Assembly (NCBI GenBank): GCA_037447605.1
Contig: CM074820.1
Location: 2,232,001 to 2,296,000, forward strand
Source: Zygnema circumcarinatum SAG 698-1b
Lineage: Eukaryota > Plantae > Zygnematophyceae
Reading direction: 5' to 3'
DNA: 64,000 nucleotides
In this document: in pieces, positions 1-12,400 of the stretch
Position numbering within the stretch: the stretch's first letter is position 1
Layout of the letters: each line of letters begins with the position of its first letter
Program-made: the position numbers and the translations under genes
Notes under the pieces: generated by a model
Seen by the model: the letters and a program-made list of their open reading frames with translations, nothing else
Database searches by the model: none
What the model was told of the DNA's origin: nothing

Positions 1-1089
1 CTGGAAGATGAGCCCGTCAATGTCGCAGAGCCCCTACCGTGGGCAGGTGACGGCCGTCGCGGCTGTACCCTGGAGGTGGACGGCCGGGCAGGAGGGGAAG
101 GTGCCACCGGCAACGAGTTCACAGAGGTGGCACCCCCAAGTGGACCCCCCGGAGGAGGACCAGGCTCACTCTGGGTGCGGAGGGGCTGACCTCTTGTCTC
201 CCGATGTCCCGCCCGGACCTCCGCGAGGTCCCGGCGGTAGTCGTCTCTGAAGTCCTCCTGAAGGCGGTGCCCGATTCTGGTCGGAGTGGGCGTGGGGGCG
301 GCCCCAAGGGAGGCGATCTGCGACCCAGCGGTCGGCACGCTCGTGAGCGGCGAGCGCAGAGAGGCGTCCAGCTCCTGAGTCACAGGAGCCAGATCCGCCA
401 TGTGGGCGGGCAGCCAGAGTGTCGTGCCGAGGGGACCCTGCGGTGGCCCTCCCAGCGATTCGGTTCCGCCGGCGGGACGCGCGCCGCCGAGGTCGCGGTG
501 ACCGGAGCCCCGACCGGTGGTACATGCTCCCCGAGGCCTGCTGACGGAGTGTGAGCACGGTAGGTGAGTGGAGGAGGAATGGAGGTGTCTCAGAAGCGAT
601 TGCGGCTAACCCCGGCATCTTGGCCCAGCGTGGTAGTATGGTAAGGAGTGGTGGCTTGACGGGATCCAAGAAAAATAGCTGCGATACCAATGCCCAACGG
701 GAGTCGGACACTGGTCTGGCGGGCTAGCAGGGAAGCGCGAGGGGTAGAGAGAGGGAGAGAGAGAGAAGCCGGTTTCCGGGTTGAATGCCGTTGCATTCGC
801 CCCCGCCCCTATACGCTTCCCCCGTCGAACCCTCTACCAGCATGAGGGACCGGAAGCAGGGCCCACCACTGGCGAGACGCCGCGTGGCTGGTGTAGCCCA
901 TGGCGGGTCGCCACGTGGAGTATATGTCAGCGCTCGGCCCGGAGCCGTCGCGCGAGGTTCGGCGTCATCGCATATACGACACGCGACCGACACCCGCGCG
1001 CGGCGCCCGCCGAAAGGCGGCGCGCGTCCGTACGCGCGCGGTCCTAGTATGTCGGTCCCCCGGCAGTCCGGTCTCTGACCGGACTGACA
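1..1089 (-). mobile_element. Putative 5' end of an LTR retrotransposon: LTR ~691-1089, PBS-like 677-689, ORF from ATG ~402 running off the window edge
   Basis: The minus strand reads TGTCAG...TTGGGCA (TG...CA, ~400 bp) with a TATA-like GTATAGGGG and a CT-rich tract. One base later comes TGGTATCGCAGC (2 mismatches to the tRNA-iMet PBS TGGTATCAGAGC). An open frame MADLAPVTQELDASLRSPL... follows, with no stop to position 1. No diagnostic Gag motif is visible. Confidence 0.45.
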
Positions 1090-1139
1090 GTCAGTACGGA
1101 CGAGCCGTACGGAGATCTCCGTGGTGCGCGTAGCGCCCC

Positions 1140-1820
1140 GGTGGTTGTAGCGTTTCGCTACAAGCAGGGTTAGGAGGGAGAGTTCGCAAAAGGTATGACG
1201 GACGCAAAGCAAAACAACGAGTAAGCAAAGAAAAAGCCACCTGAGGATCGGAAAGATGTGGAAGCTGGTCGACCTCGAGCGCACCTCAACCAAAGCATCA
1301 TCAACAAAACAATCAACATAAGATGCAGCGCCGAAGGGGCAGCCTGAACTGAATGCCAATTCCATCAGCACAAGCTGGATGCTACAAGGAGCGAAGGGTA
1401 GAAGGGACGTCGTAAAACCAAGCAAAACACTTCCACAAATTTACCGTCAAACGCATAGCGGCCAATCGAGTAGTAAAATCAGTAAACGCGGCAACGACCT
1501 GGTCAGTAGGGCCAATGATATGAGTATCGTCGGCCACTGATGGAAAAAGGCAGCCTGGAAAAGCCTGTGCCGAAGCTCGAAGCGCACGAATGTGCGCCAA
1601 AGCGAACAAAGGACCTCCTAAAGGGTCGCCTTGGCGGGTCCCGGTCGCAGACTCCAAGGTCGCCACTCCACCAGATGCATCGCCAAGAGGAAAAAGGAGC
1701 GGGCTCGAACGAGAATAAAATGTGCGCACAAAAGGAAAAAGGGACGCAATCGGTGCAGGGGCCTCTCGTAACTCGCGAAAAATCTCATGACGATCCACCG
1801 TATTAAAAGCGTTATCCCCA
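1140..1820 (-). mobile_element. Truncated, frameshifted non-LTR retrotransposon reverse transcriptase fragment (CRE/R2-like type)
   Basis: RT motifs NAFNTVDRHEIF, TRQGDPLGGPLFALAH and SVADDTHIIG, then CPFGAASYV. A shifted frame gives DQLPHLSDPQVAFSLLTRCFALRPSYLLRTLP. Both ends are truncated. Confidence 0.85.
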
Positions 1821-1875
1821 TGCATCCATGCATGCATGCACAGATGCATGCGTCAGGCTCCGCCTCGACGGGTTT

Positions 1876-1931
1876 GTCACGTCATGTCATGTCACATGAC
1901 ATCACGTCACGTCACGTCACGTCACGTCATG
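1876..1931. promoter_or_regulatory. (CACGT)n / TGACG tandem array upstream of the F-box gene (second copy ~3075-3130)
   Basis: The sequence is gtcacgtcatgtcatgtcacatgacatcacgtcacgtcacgtcacgtcacgtcat. ACGT and TGACG cores are known bZIP sites; function here is untested. Confidence 0.4.
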
Positions 1932-2266
1932 CATTCTGAAGTGCGCAGGCACGGCCCCTCCCGCGTCGCTCGCCGCCCGCACATTCAGTCCGTACCGGTC
2001 GCTCCTGCCGCCCCACCCGCCGCTCGCCCGCCCGCCCGCCCGCCCGTACGGCAGCCCTCCAGAGGGGCCGTACGGACTGTTCGTACGACCACTCTGTCGC
2101 GACGGGTGCCGGCCACGTCCGGCCGGCAGGATACGACCGGCGTCACGTGACGTCATGGCAGCATTCATGCCATGTGTCGCGACGCGGGCAGGCGAAGCAG
2201 CGGCGAAGGCGGGGGGGGAGGGCGGGGAGGGAGGGGCGGAAAGGGGAGGGGAAGGCCGGGGCAGCC

Positions 2267-2609
2267 ATGGCGGCAGCGGCCATGGCGGGGGGGGGCCCGG
2301 GCCCCGGGGCGGCGCGGTGGACGCTGGACGCGCTCCCGGAGGCCGCCGTGCTCGCGGTCCTGCGCCGCCTCGGGCGCGCGCGCTGCATCGCCGCGCTGCG
2401 CGCCACGTGCCGCCGCCTGAGGGTGCGCGCGCCGCCACCCGGCCCGCGCCGCGCAGGAGAGGAGGGGAGGAAGAGAGGGAGGGAGAGAGGGCGAGGGGTG
2501 CTGAGTGGGACGGGGCGGAACGCAGGACCTGAGCGCGCAGAGCGATGTGCTGGCCTTCCACGCGGAGGATTTCGGCGCCATGGACGCGGCGGCGGCGCAG
2601 AAGGTGGTG
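2267..2609 (+). pseudogene. Partial duplicate of F-box gene exon 1 to exon 2 (likely assembly duplicate)
   Basis: Matches 3466-3808 and ends at the N gap. Confidence 0.6.
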
Positions 2610-2619
2610 NNNNNNNNNN

Positions 2620-3019
2620 ACCAAGCAAAACACTTCGACAAATTTACCGTCAAACGCATAGCGGCCAATCGAGTAGTAAAATCAGTAAACGCGGCAACGA
2701 CCTGGTCAGTAGGGCCAATGATATGAGTATCGTCGGCCACTGATGGAAAAAGGCAGCCTGGAAAAGCCTGTGCCGAAGCTCGAAGCGCACGAATGTGCGC
2801 CAAAGCGAACAAAGGACCTCCTAAAGGGTCGCCTTGGCGGGTCCCGGTCGCAGACTCCAAGGTCGCCACTCCACCAGATGCATCGCCAAGAGGAAAAAGG
2901 AGCTCGAACGAGAATAAAATGTGCGCACAAAAGGAAAAAGGGACGCAATCGGTGCAGGGGCCTCTCGTAACTCGCGAAAAATCTCATGACGATCCACCGT
3001 ATTAAAAGCGTTATCCCCA
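2620..3019 (-). mobile_element. Duplicate copy of the non-LTR RT fragment
   Basis: Same TRQGDPLGGPLF / VADD motifs, inside the duplicated block. Confidence 0.75.
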
Positions 3020-3465
3020 TGCATCCATGCATGCATGCACAGATGCATGCGTCAGGCTCCGCCTCGACGGGTTTGTCACGTCATGTCATGTCACATGACA
3101 TCACGTCACGTCACGTCACGTCACGTCATGCATTCTGAAGTGCGCAGGCACGGCCCCTCCCGCGTCGCTCGCCGCCCGCACATTCAGTCCGTACCGGTCG
3201 CTCCTGCCGCCCCACCCGCCGCTCGCCCGCCCGCCCGCCCGCCCGTACGGCAGCCCTCCAGAGGGGCCGTACGGACTGTTCGTACGACCACTCTGTCGCG
3301 ACGGGTGCCGGCCACGTCCGGCCGGCAGGATACGACCGGCGTCACGTGACGTCATGGCAGCATTCATGCCATGTGTCGCGACGCGGGCAGGCGAAGCAGC
3401 GGCGAAGGCGGGGGGGGAGGGCGGGGAGGGAGGGGCGGAAAGGGGAGGGGAAGGCCGGGGCAGCC

Positions 3466-5623
3466 ATGGCGGCAGCGGCCATGGCGGGGGGGGGCCCGGG
3501 CCCCGGGGCGGCGCGGTGGACGCTGGACGCGCTCCCGGAGGCCGCCGTGCTCGCGGTCCTGCGCCGCCTCGGGCGCGCGCGCTGCATCGCCGCGCTGCGC
3601 GCCACGTGCCGCCGCCTGAGGGTGCGCGCGCCGCCACCCGGCCCGCGCCGCGCAGGAGAGGAGGGGAGGAAGAGAGGGAGGGAGAGAGGGCGAGGGGTGC
3701 TGAGTGGGACGGGGCGGAACGCAGGACCTGAGCGCGCAGAGCGATGTGCTGGCCTTCCACGCGGAGGATTTCGGCGCCATGGACGCGGCGGCGGCGCAGA
3801 AGGTGGTGACGTGCGCGGTGCTCCTGGCGGCGGGCCTGCGCCACCTCCACGTGAACCTGCCCGTGCGCGGGCAGAGGCTGCAGGTCGGCGGCCCGCGCCT
3901 GCGCCTGCTCGCCTGCGGATTCTGCACAAGGGAATGCCTCTCGATGCTTGCAGAGAAGCAGGCACTCGGGAGCGCTTTCTGAGCGCAGGGCCCGTCTTTC
4001 GCGTGCAGGAGGTGGCGCTGATGGCGTGGTGCCTGCCGCACCGCCGCACGCTCGAGGAGCTGACGGTCGCCGACTGCCCCCGCGACGCGCACGCGCCCGC
4101 CGAGAACTGGAAGCTCGAGCTCGCCTCCGCCTGCCGCCAGCTGCGCGCGCTGGAGCTGCGCCACGCCACGCTCCAGCAGGGCCTGCACTGCAGGTCAGGC
4201 GTCTTCCTACACGTGTTCCCCTTTCTCCCCTCCCTCTCCTCCCTCCATTCCCCTCTCCTCCCCTCCCTCCGTTCCCCTCTCCTCCCTCCCTCTTTTCCCC
4301 TCTCCTCTCCCCTCTCCGTCCCTCCCTCCTCCCTGGGAGAACATGTAAAACGAGGCATCTTAGCCCTGACAACGCCGTGGGAGATAGCTGGCAATGCGAT
4401 CAGCTCTGCTGCGGTGTCGAAAGTTGGCGCATGCAGCTCACAGCCTCCCCCTGCCTGTCCTCAGGCGGTTCGAGCGGCTGCAGCAGCTGGTGCTCCGCGA
4501 CGTGGTGGTGGCGAGCGGGGTCCTCCCGGAGGTGGTGGCGCTGTGCCCCGCGCTGGAGAGTCTCCGGCTGCTCTCGTGCGTTCTGGGGGTCGGCCCGCTC
4601 GACCTCGCGGCCGCGCCCTGCCCCGCGCTGCGCTCGTTCGAGCTGGTCGCCAGCGAGCTCGCGCAGGGCGCGGTGCTCCTGCGCCTCGACGCCCCGAAAC
4701 TCGAGGTCAGCGCCGCTCCGAGGCTAGCCAAGCTTTCTGTTGCGAGTGGCGACGTCGCGGCCTTGAGCTGAGAGGGGAGGGAGAGGGGGAGGGGAGGGGA
4801 GGGAGACGGCGGTGTAGTCGCTGGTGCTGGTGGCGGACTGCTTCCCGCAGTCGCAGCAGGAGGAGGAGGGGCCCTGCAGCAGCTTGCACTTGCGCTCGGG
4901 CTGCCTTCGCCGGCTCTTTCTGGACCTCAGCGCGCCCTTTAACCTCCACATTGCGCCGGAGGCCATTGCCAACCTCCAGAAGCTCGAGGTCCGCTCCTCA
5001 TCGTTGCAACCTCCTCCTGCTGTGCGTCTGCGGCTTGTATGGTGCCACCCTGACATGAGCGTGACAAGGGGGATGGGCGGGCGTCCAGATGCTGGGGGAC
5101 GAATGGCCATGGGCGACGGTGGAGGAGCTCCTGTCGCTGTGCGGCCACAGTCTGGAAGTGCTGACTGTGGCTGCCAGCGTGGTGATGCCCGACGCGGTGG
5201 ATCCTCTGCACTTCTTCGCTCACCTCCCCCGCCTCAAGTACCTCTCGCTCTCTCCCGAGATTTTCGGGTGCCTCTGCCGCAGCCTCGGGTCCAGAGCCGT
5301 TGTGGAGGTATGGCGACTCCTGGGCTCGGGCCTCGCCCACCGGTTGCTTTGGGGTGGTAGCTCGGGCTGAGACCGGAAGGGAAGGGCGCATGGCGGTGCA
5401 GGCGGCGAGCCTGCGCGAGCTGCACGTGGAGTACCTGATGCACTGCGTGGAGGAGGCGCACATGGCGGAGGCGCTGCTGCGCGGCAGCCCGCAGCTGCGC
5501 GTGCTGCAACCGATATACGGAGTGCTGCAGGTGCGCGGGGCGGGCGAGCACACGGACGAGGCCTACGCCCTCGCCATGGCTCGCCTGCGCGACCTCTTCC
5601 CTCACGTTCGCCTCCCAGGATAG
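3466..5623 (+). CDS. F-box / leucine-rich-repeat (RNI-like) protein, about 7 exons
   Basis: F-box-like TLDALPEAAVLAVLRRLG...ALRATCRRLR. GT-AG introns join in-frame exons (approx. 3466-3621, 3725-3882, 4010-4193, 4465-4705, 4818-4988, 5089-5307, 5402-5623). These carry LRR-like segments LRALELRH, LQQLVLRDV, LESLRLLSC, LKYLSLS and LRELHVEY. Confidence 0.8.
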
Positions 5624-6425
5624 GGCCCATCCGCTCAGGGCATGTGCGCGCCATCCTCACCACGGAAAGTTAAATCGCATGTGTCGAAAAGTCAGCTGGT
5701 TTTACAGCGAAGGTTAGTCGTAGGGAATGTCGATCCGTTCACTCTAGCTTGGAAATGAAATCTTTTGCATCAACGCGCCCCACCGCGGTGGAATGTTTGC
5801 AAATTGATTGATGTCAGGATGAGCAGCGTAGCGATATTGAAAAAGCAATCGGCCCTCGTGCTTTGGACGCGCCAAGGAGCGCCACCTCCGGAAGCACACG
5901 CACTCTCCTAGATGGTGCTGTCATCTTCCAGAAGGAGAAGCGTTTCCAGTAGACAAAGCATCTGCCTCGCAAGTGCGAAAAGATGTGGGATGCCCTCACA
6001 CACACCAATCCCGTTTGCAGGGGACTCAGGAGAGCAGAGCTCAGATGGAGCTTGCCCAACTCCCGCTGTGCCAATAGCTCAGCCAATGCAAAAAACCGCA
6101 CCATTTTTAACAAAGCTGCCGGCTACTGCCTTGAGCCGGGCACCGTTGGGGCACCCTACCCTACACTACAATTACAGTACAGTACAGTCTACACTCTAGC
6201 CTACCGCTGCTCTGCGCTATTGTCGCAATGCCGCACGCTAAACCTTGCTTCTCGATCAAAACGCGCTGCACACTGCGGGCAGGGCAGGCGACTCGCACAC
6301 TGTCCACTGAGTAAAAGAATTCGTTTGCGTTGATGAGCCAGACAAGGACCTAGCCTCTCCAGATATCACAGTCAACTCAACCAATCCTGAGACCTAAGTA
6401 AAAGCACACGAAAGAGGCGAATGCC

Positions 6426-9400
6426 TTAAGCTGAAGACTTTTCTGACTCTGGCGCCGGAAGTGCCGGCGTTGAAGCCTCGTCCGGTTGAGCTGCCGACAA
6501 TTCGAGTTGAGGGAGGGTGGCTTCAGGCGGAGGCGGTGCCTCTACCTCCTCTGAGGAGGCCTCGAGCACAGCCCCTCCGCCGCCCTCCTCCCCGGTGCTG
6601 CCCTGCCCCTCATCGGAGAGCGCCCCTCCCGCCCCCTCCGCGGCCGCAGCGAGGCGCGGACCCTCCTTGCCGGCGCCGTCGATGAGGCCTCCCACCCACA
6701 TGGCAGCTGCTGCCGCGAATGAAAGCGGGCTCAAGAGAAACCTGCACAAAAGGTAGTCGCACTACGCAGTGGGTCAAAGGGCAGCCTCCTTTTCGCCATT
6801 ATGATTGACTGGATACACGAGCGGGAGGTATTTTCACAATCGCGTGTGGAGGGGACAGTAGATTAAAGACATGTGTCGCCAGCGTCTGTACCAGCTGTCA
6901 ATCTATATTCTACTGTAACATGTTATTTACGTTATGCAGGCGTTGTCTGGTCATGCAAACAATAATAAACAACGTTAAGGCGAGATATGGTTAGTGACAC
7001 ATCCAAATCCATGCAATTTGAGAGGAGTGCCGTACGTTGGTCATAGGAAAACAAGTGTCCTGTTCAGAGGGTTTACAGCTGCATTGATCACTTACAGAAG
7101 ATCCGCCTTCACGTCCTCGACTGAGTCGTATGATTGGAACCGCGAGTACAAGACCTGCAAAAAGCCGTCAAAATGCACAGCAATTTATTGGTGGTGTTCA
7201 TCAAAAGCTGGATTATTCACTTAAATACGTGCCGCACTGGCAAGCCAAAACCATAACAAAACTACACTCTTATGAAGGCGTGACAAAACTCATTCTTCCC
7301 TTTGCAACTATCCGAACACATCCCTCGTCCAAATGCACCGTGTGCATCACACGCGACAAGATCAGAGCCTCACCCGCGCAATCGCCACAATGCCAAGAAG
7401 CTGCAGCGACTTCTCCCACTCTGCTCACAAACAGACCGTTCAGGTTAAGTCTCCGCCCTCTAGTGACAGGTGCGATGTACACTGCGGCGGAGAGTTGTGT
7501 CGCTATGGACATTTCCCATGACACACTAGCGGGGACTTTACTGGACTGTTGGGTGCAACAAATGGCTCCACTCACAACCTGACCTTTGTAGAAAAAGGAA
7601 AAAGCAACTGCTACTCAATAACGAAGGATTGGAGAGGCATACACCGATGTTCAGAAGACCTAACATCATGCTAATGAACTGATTATACCGACGAACCCAA
7701 CAAAGGACTGAAAATGAAAGTACAACGGCAACCAACCTGTGACAGCATATGCAGCCAGTCCGATGCCCTGCCCAAGAACAAAAAGCAAAGCGAAAAGTCT
7801 GTTAGGCATTGAGCCCCCAATAGATATCCGAAGCCTACGAAGATAAGCTATGGATTCTGATAATAGGCCTCAGAACACTTAAACCGTGATTGGGTTCACG
7901 GTAGGCAGAGAGTGAATGTCTAGCTTCAATCGAGTTAATTATCGGGCAATCACAACACAATACCTACAGCTAAATGGAACCAATCAGTAGGAAACAGCTG
8001 CTGAACACTGTGCTACGTTGCACACTGCACATTTGGGTTACCGAACAGCGCAGTCGAGCCTGCCCACCACTGAACCTAATATGCGTTTGGATAGCCAATT
8101 CATTTAGCCGCATTCTAACCCATGACAAGGCGAAACACAGGCTCCTTCACAGAGGGGACATGAGAGCGACTTGTTCCTACTTTACGAAGTAGGAACAAGT
8201 CGCTCTCATGATCAGGAAGGCATGGAAGCATTTGCCACAGAAACCGTCTGAAGGTGCTAACCTCCATCCAAACAACAATGAGGAGGATGACGAGGTCACA
8301 ACCACTACGAAGCAGTGTCAAGTTCACAACTGGGGTCACAAGAATTCAAGGTCATACAATCTTCTCCAATTGCCGTCGATTCCTTTAAAAAATCATGGCG
8401 CATCGAGAGGGCAGAACGCCGTGGATCGAAACCGAGCAGAGAATCAGAGGCAAGCACGCGGGCGGGTACTTACAACGGCGACACTTGCCACACCGAGAGG
8501 TGTTGGTCGCACTTCCTCCACAAAAGCCTCCGCCTCCTGCAAGACGCGCCACGCACCTCCCTCGTCACCGCCCTGGACATGATGGTGGAGATGCCACGAT
8601 GGAGGGTATCCCTGGTCTCCATAGCTCGTTCCCTCCCCTTCCCCTCCCGCCTTCCTTCCTTTCTTCCTTTTCTTCCTTTTCTTTCTTTCTTCCCTTCCTC
8701 CCTTCCTTCCTTTCTTCCTTTCCTTTCCCTTCCTTTCTTCTTCCCCTCCCTCCGCAGCTCACCTGCTTGAGCAGCACCGCGATGGACTCCGGCGCGTCCG
8801 GCTTCGTGCGGAGGGAGCGCGCCCACGCCTGGAAGCCTCCGCCCACACGGTACGACCTCTGCTCCATGCCCCCCCCCCCCCCCCNNNNNNNNNNCCCCCC
8901 CCCCCCCCCCAAGCGCACAGGACATAAGGCACGGGTCCGGCAGCGACTGAATGCACTGTTTCAAGCTTAGGACGGTGATAGCCTTCCAGAGCAAGCCTTA
9001 GGTCTCGTAATGTGGACCAAAGCCATTAAGACCAGTGGCACTCGCGAGTCTGATGCACTGTTTGTACATCTGTTTGTACTGTTTGTGCTTCGTACTGGCT
9101 GGAATACCCTCCTTAGGGATTTCGCAGGACCGCCACATTGTAGTCTTTTCTACTGGCCTGCAAATTCTTCAACCCTGCTCAGCACAACAACCGTTGATTG
9201 GGCGGGGAAGTTCACACAAGTTTCACAGCGCTCTTTCCAAAGCCCACACTGCCAGTGTCGCTTCACCAGTGAGCCGTGGATCCAACAGTCCTTTATGGAT
9301 CCACTGTTTCCCAAACATACTCAATATCATACTTTGCAGGGCGGCTGTTCAATTGATACATGCAGAAGCACGCCGTGGCGGGTACATAATCACAGAGGTT

Positions 9401-12400
9401 GAGGAGCCGTTCCGTATACCGGCAAAAGCCGCTCAAACACACGATACTTGGGATGTATGGCCAACCCCAGACGGAGTCACTCGCTTGCGCTGCCTTATTC
9501 ATAGCTACCACGGTACACATCAGAATTCCTTTCGGCTCGCATCCAGACATTCCAATTCATCCACCTTTACATGGCAGGTGAGATGTAATGGTTGACTAAA
9601 GGGCAATCCTTTTTTGTACAGCGTTAGTTTTCCGGAGCCCTGGTGCAGCCTTACCCCAAATCCTCCGTACTTCCGCAGCGCACGGGCCACCTCGCGAGCT
9701 TCGTCGCTTCCGGCATCGTCCATTACCAGCACCTTGGCGCCCGCCTGTCCGTACACGCCACGTCAGCGCATAGAGTCAGCACACTCTTGTTTACTGAACT
9801 ACTGGACAGGGAAGCTGAGCTCAAGTTACCCGGCTTCCACCGAAGCCCGCATGACAATAATTTAAAATTCACAAATGCCCGGGAAAGAAGAGAACAAGAT
9901 CTCACTCCAACTCCCTTGAGGCCGCGCACTTTTGCAGCCATGACTTTTGCGTCGACCTCGTCCGGATTGGTCAGCAAACCTCTTACGGGCCCCGAAACCT
10001 GCGGAGGTTCGCATAACACACGTTGCGCTTACGCTGACGAAGGAAAATCTGGTGGGGAGAGCATAACCAACTGAATGGGAAGGAATAAAAGTGACATCAA
10101 TGAAGCTGACACAGGCAAGGACCATCCTTTTGAGAATGTTGAGTACCTCGGCAAAGCATAACCATTTCCCATGTCAACTAGAAAAGTGATGAGTCATGCA
10201 TCATGCTGAACAATGTAGGTTCAGGGTATTTAAGGGTTTTAGGGTTGTAGGCCAAGGCCCGACGTCCCTCTGGTAAAATGAGCATGACGAACTGCTGAGT
10301 CACATTCTGCCCAAACTCGACACGGTACAGAATGGGCCAGTGGTTGCCAGTCTGTTGCCGTCAACGTATGAGTTGCATAGGGGAAGAAATAACGATGGCA
10401 CCGCCAGAGGACTGGACTACGCGAGAGACCTTTTCAGATTGGCTGAGAAGGTGCCCCATTTCTAACCTGGCAGTCTTACTGTGTATGAAAGTACAATAAC
10501 AAAATCACAGTGCAATCTGATTCAACTTGTGATAACTCGGGCCAATTCGCACCAAGAAATCCTATCAGGTAACTACACCTTTCTTCCAGACAGGCTTCAC
10601 ATCTAGCTCGCCCAAGTAAACCTTCCTGCCCGTTTAGAGGAAGCATCCCTTTCAGCCCTACCCCGGCCCATGGGTCACGACACGTACCCGTTCAAACTCC
10701 ACGGAAGCGTCTTTGAAGCGAGCCCCTCGTCTAAGGTCGGGAATGCCGTCCTCGTCCCGCAGGCTCTGCAAGCAGATCAATCGGTGGACATAATGGTCAC
10801 TTCATTTATCAAGAAAGCCATTAACTTTACCAATGAAGGCCTGTACCGATGTCAATCTAGCAGTCCTGGTCACTAATTTTGCATCCTGCTCAAGAAAGGC
10901 TCGGTTAACAAATACACCTTCCACCAATGCTTTCGCATTTGACTCTAGGTGATGGGGGCAAAAACTCTCGTCTATATGCCACCTTCCTGGGTGATCCCTA
11001 GTCGGTAAGCAGAGCTTGCTGTATCCCATAGTTCCGGTCGAGCACAGTAAAGGCATGGCAATGTAACACGAGACTAGAACCGCTGTACCACGGATGGAAG
11101 AGCTCAATACCACCACAGTACACTATCACTCATTTGAGTAAGGTTACAGCTGACTTGCTACTCTGCCTCAAACCATTCCAGCTTGATCAAGAGTCATAAG
11201 ATACTAGGGGATTGATGACACCTGTGCGGCATCAAAGGCCAAGTGCTCTGCAGACAAGACCACCGAGACAGCAGACGAAGAGAACACGAACGGGGGCATC
11301 AAACCTGCGGACGGATATCGAGGAGTAGCGCATCAAACTCTTCCTTGAGAAGTTGCAACGAATCCTCCGGTGACAGATCTCCAGAATATCCTGCGGCCTG
11401 GGCTCGCTGGTAAAAGAATCTGTGACACAAAAGGAAAGAATCTCAGACGGACCCAACACTGTGTTGGAGCTCAAAGGATGTAATCAATACGATTTCCAAG
11501 AAAAATGCACTGACCAGGACTCCAGCTTTCAGCAATTGTAAGGTATACTCTTATAACAATGGAGTTTTGTGTTTTCTTCCCATAAAGCGAATCATTACAG
11601 CAAGTATGCTATAAAAAAAAACGATAAGTGCTAACTGCCGATAGGCTATGACACGTAACTCCATTTGACTGTAGAAGACATAGGGCCATCCTCCATCTCT
11701 GCTGTAGTGCGTCCTCACATTCACTATGGGACCAGGCTTTGTCGCTGACAATTTTATGCGGGAGAGAGTGCTCCTGTGCGCGATGGACGCACTCACATGA
11801 ACACGGCGGTGCCACCGGCGACCACAATGGATGCTGCGACGGGGGCGATGAGGGGGTCGTCGGGATCAAGGCCCACAAGGACTTCAGCCGAGCGAAACGC
11901 AGTGTTTGCAGCTGCTCCAAGCTGAAGCACAGCATAGCGTACCGGCAGCCCAGGGGTACATTAAAGGACAGAAAAGCACCATGTCTGTTTTGCCAATAAG
12001 GTGGAGAATTCCAACTAATACAACGTAGAAGCCAATGAGACCAACTCCGATTAGTAACACAGACCTTCATCTGAGGCCAAAAGATGAAACGACAGGCTAG
12101 TGATTTGCGACTGCTGCATGTCCCTAAAGTGCACTTACACCAATATCATACTCCAGCTTCCAAATGGCTCTTTTCATTCATTCACGAGCGCTTTGGAGTT
12201 TGTCGGAAGCTCAATTCATCATCGGTTACAGCACATGCAGTTGCTGCTTTAGAGAGAACAGCTCTCACATAGGCTGAAACGATTGCATACCTGCAACAAA
12301 GCCTTCTTGATAAAGATGGTGGTAGGACCTGACGCCTCCTGAACCTTCTCCTCTACCACCTCCAACACTGACAATGCTTCGGGTGGCAGCTGCTCCTTAA

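Larger units (their letters stand above)
1417..3808. repeat. ~1.19-kb near-identical direct duplication (1417-2609 vs 2620-3808) around a 10-N gap; probable assembly overlap
   Basis: The two copies abut the gap at 2610-2619. The only differences I saw are a C/G change and a 4-bp indel in the RT part. Confidence 0.9.

Noticed and set aside
1040-1090. Helitron 3' end (hairpin followed by CTAG on the minus strand)
   Set aside because: The spacing is ~16 nt and the CTAG is followed by G rather than the T target. An LTR reading fits better.
1417-3808. True tandem duplication of the F-box 5' end
   Set aside because: The copies meet exactly at a 10-N gap and are nearly identical. The same pattern occurs at 45803-48308, so an unmerged contig overlap is most likely.
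10802-11116. 104-aa sense-strand ORF inside a rhodanese-gene intron
   Set aside because: I recognise no domain, and flanking exons splice without it. A profile search could still reveal a transposon relic.
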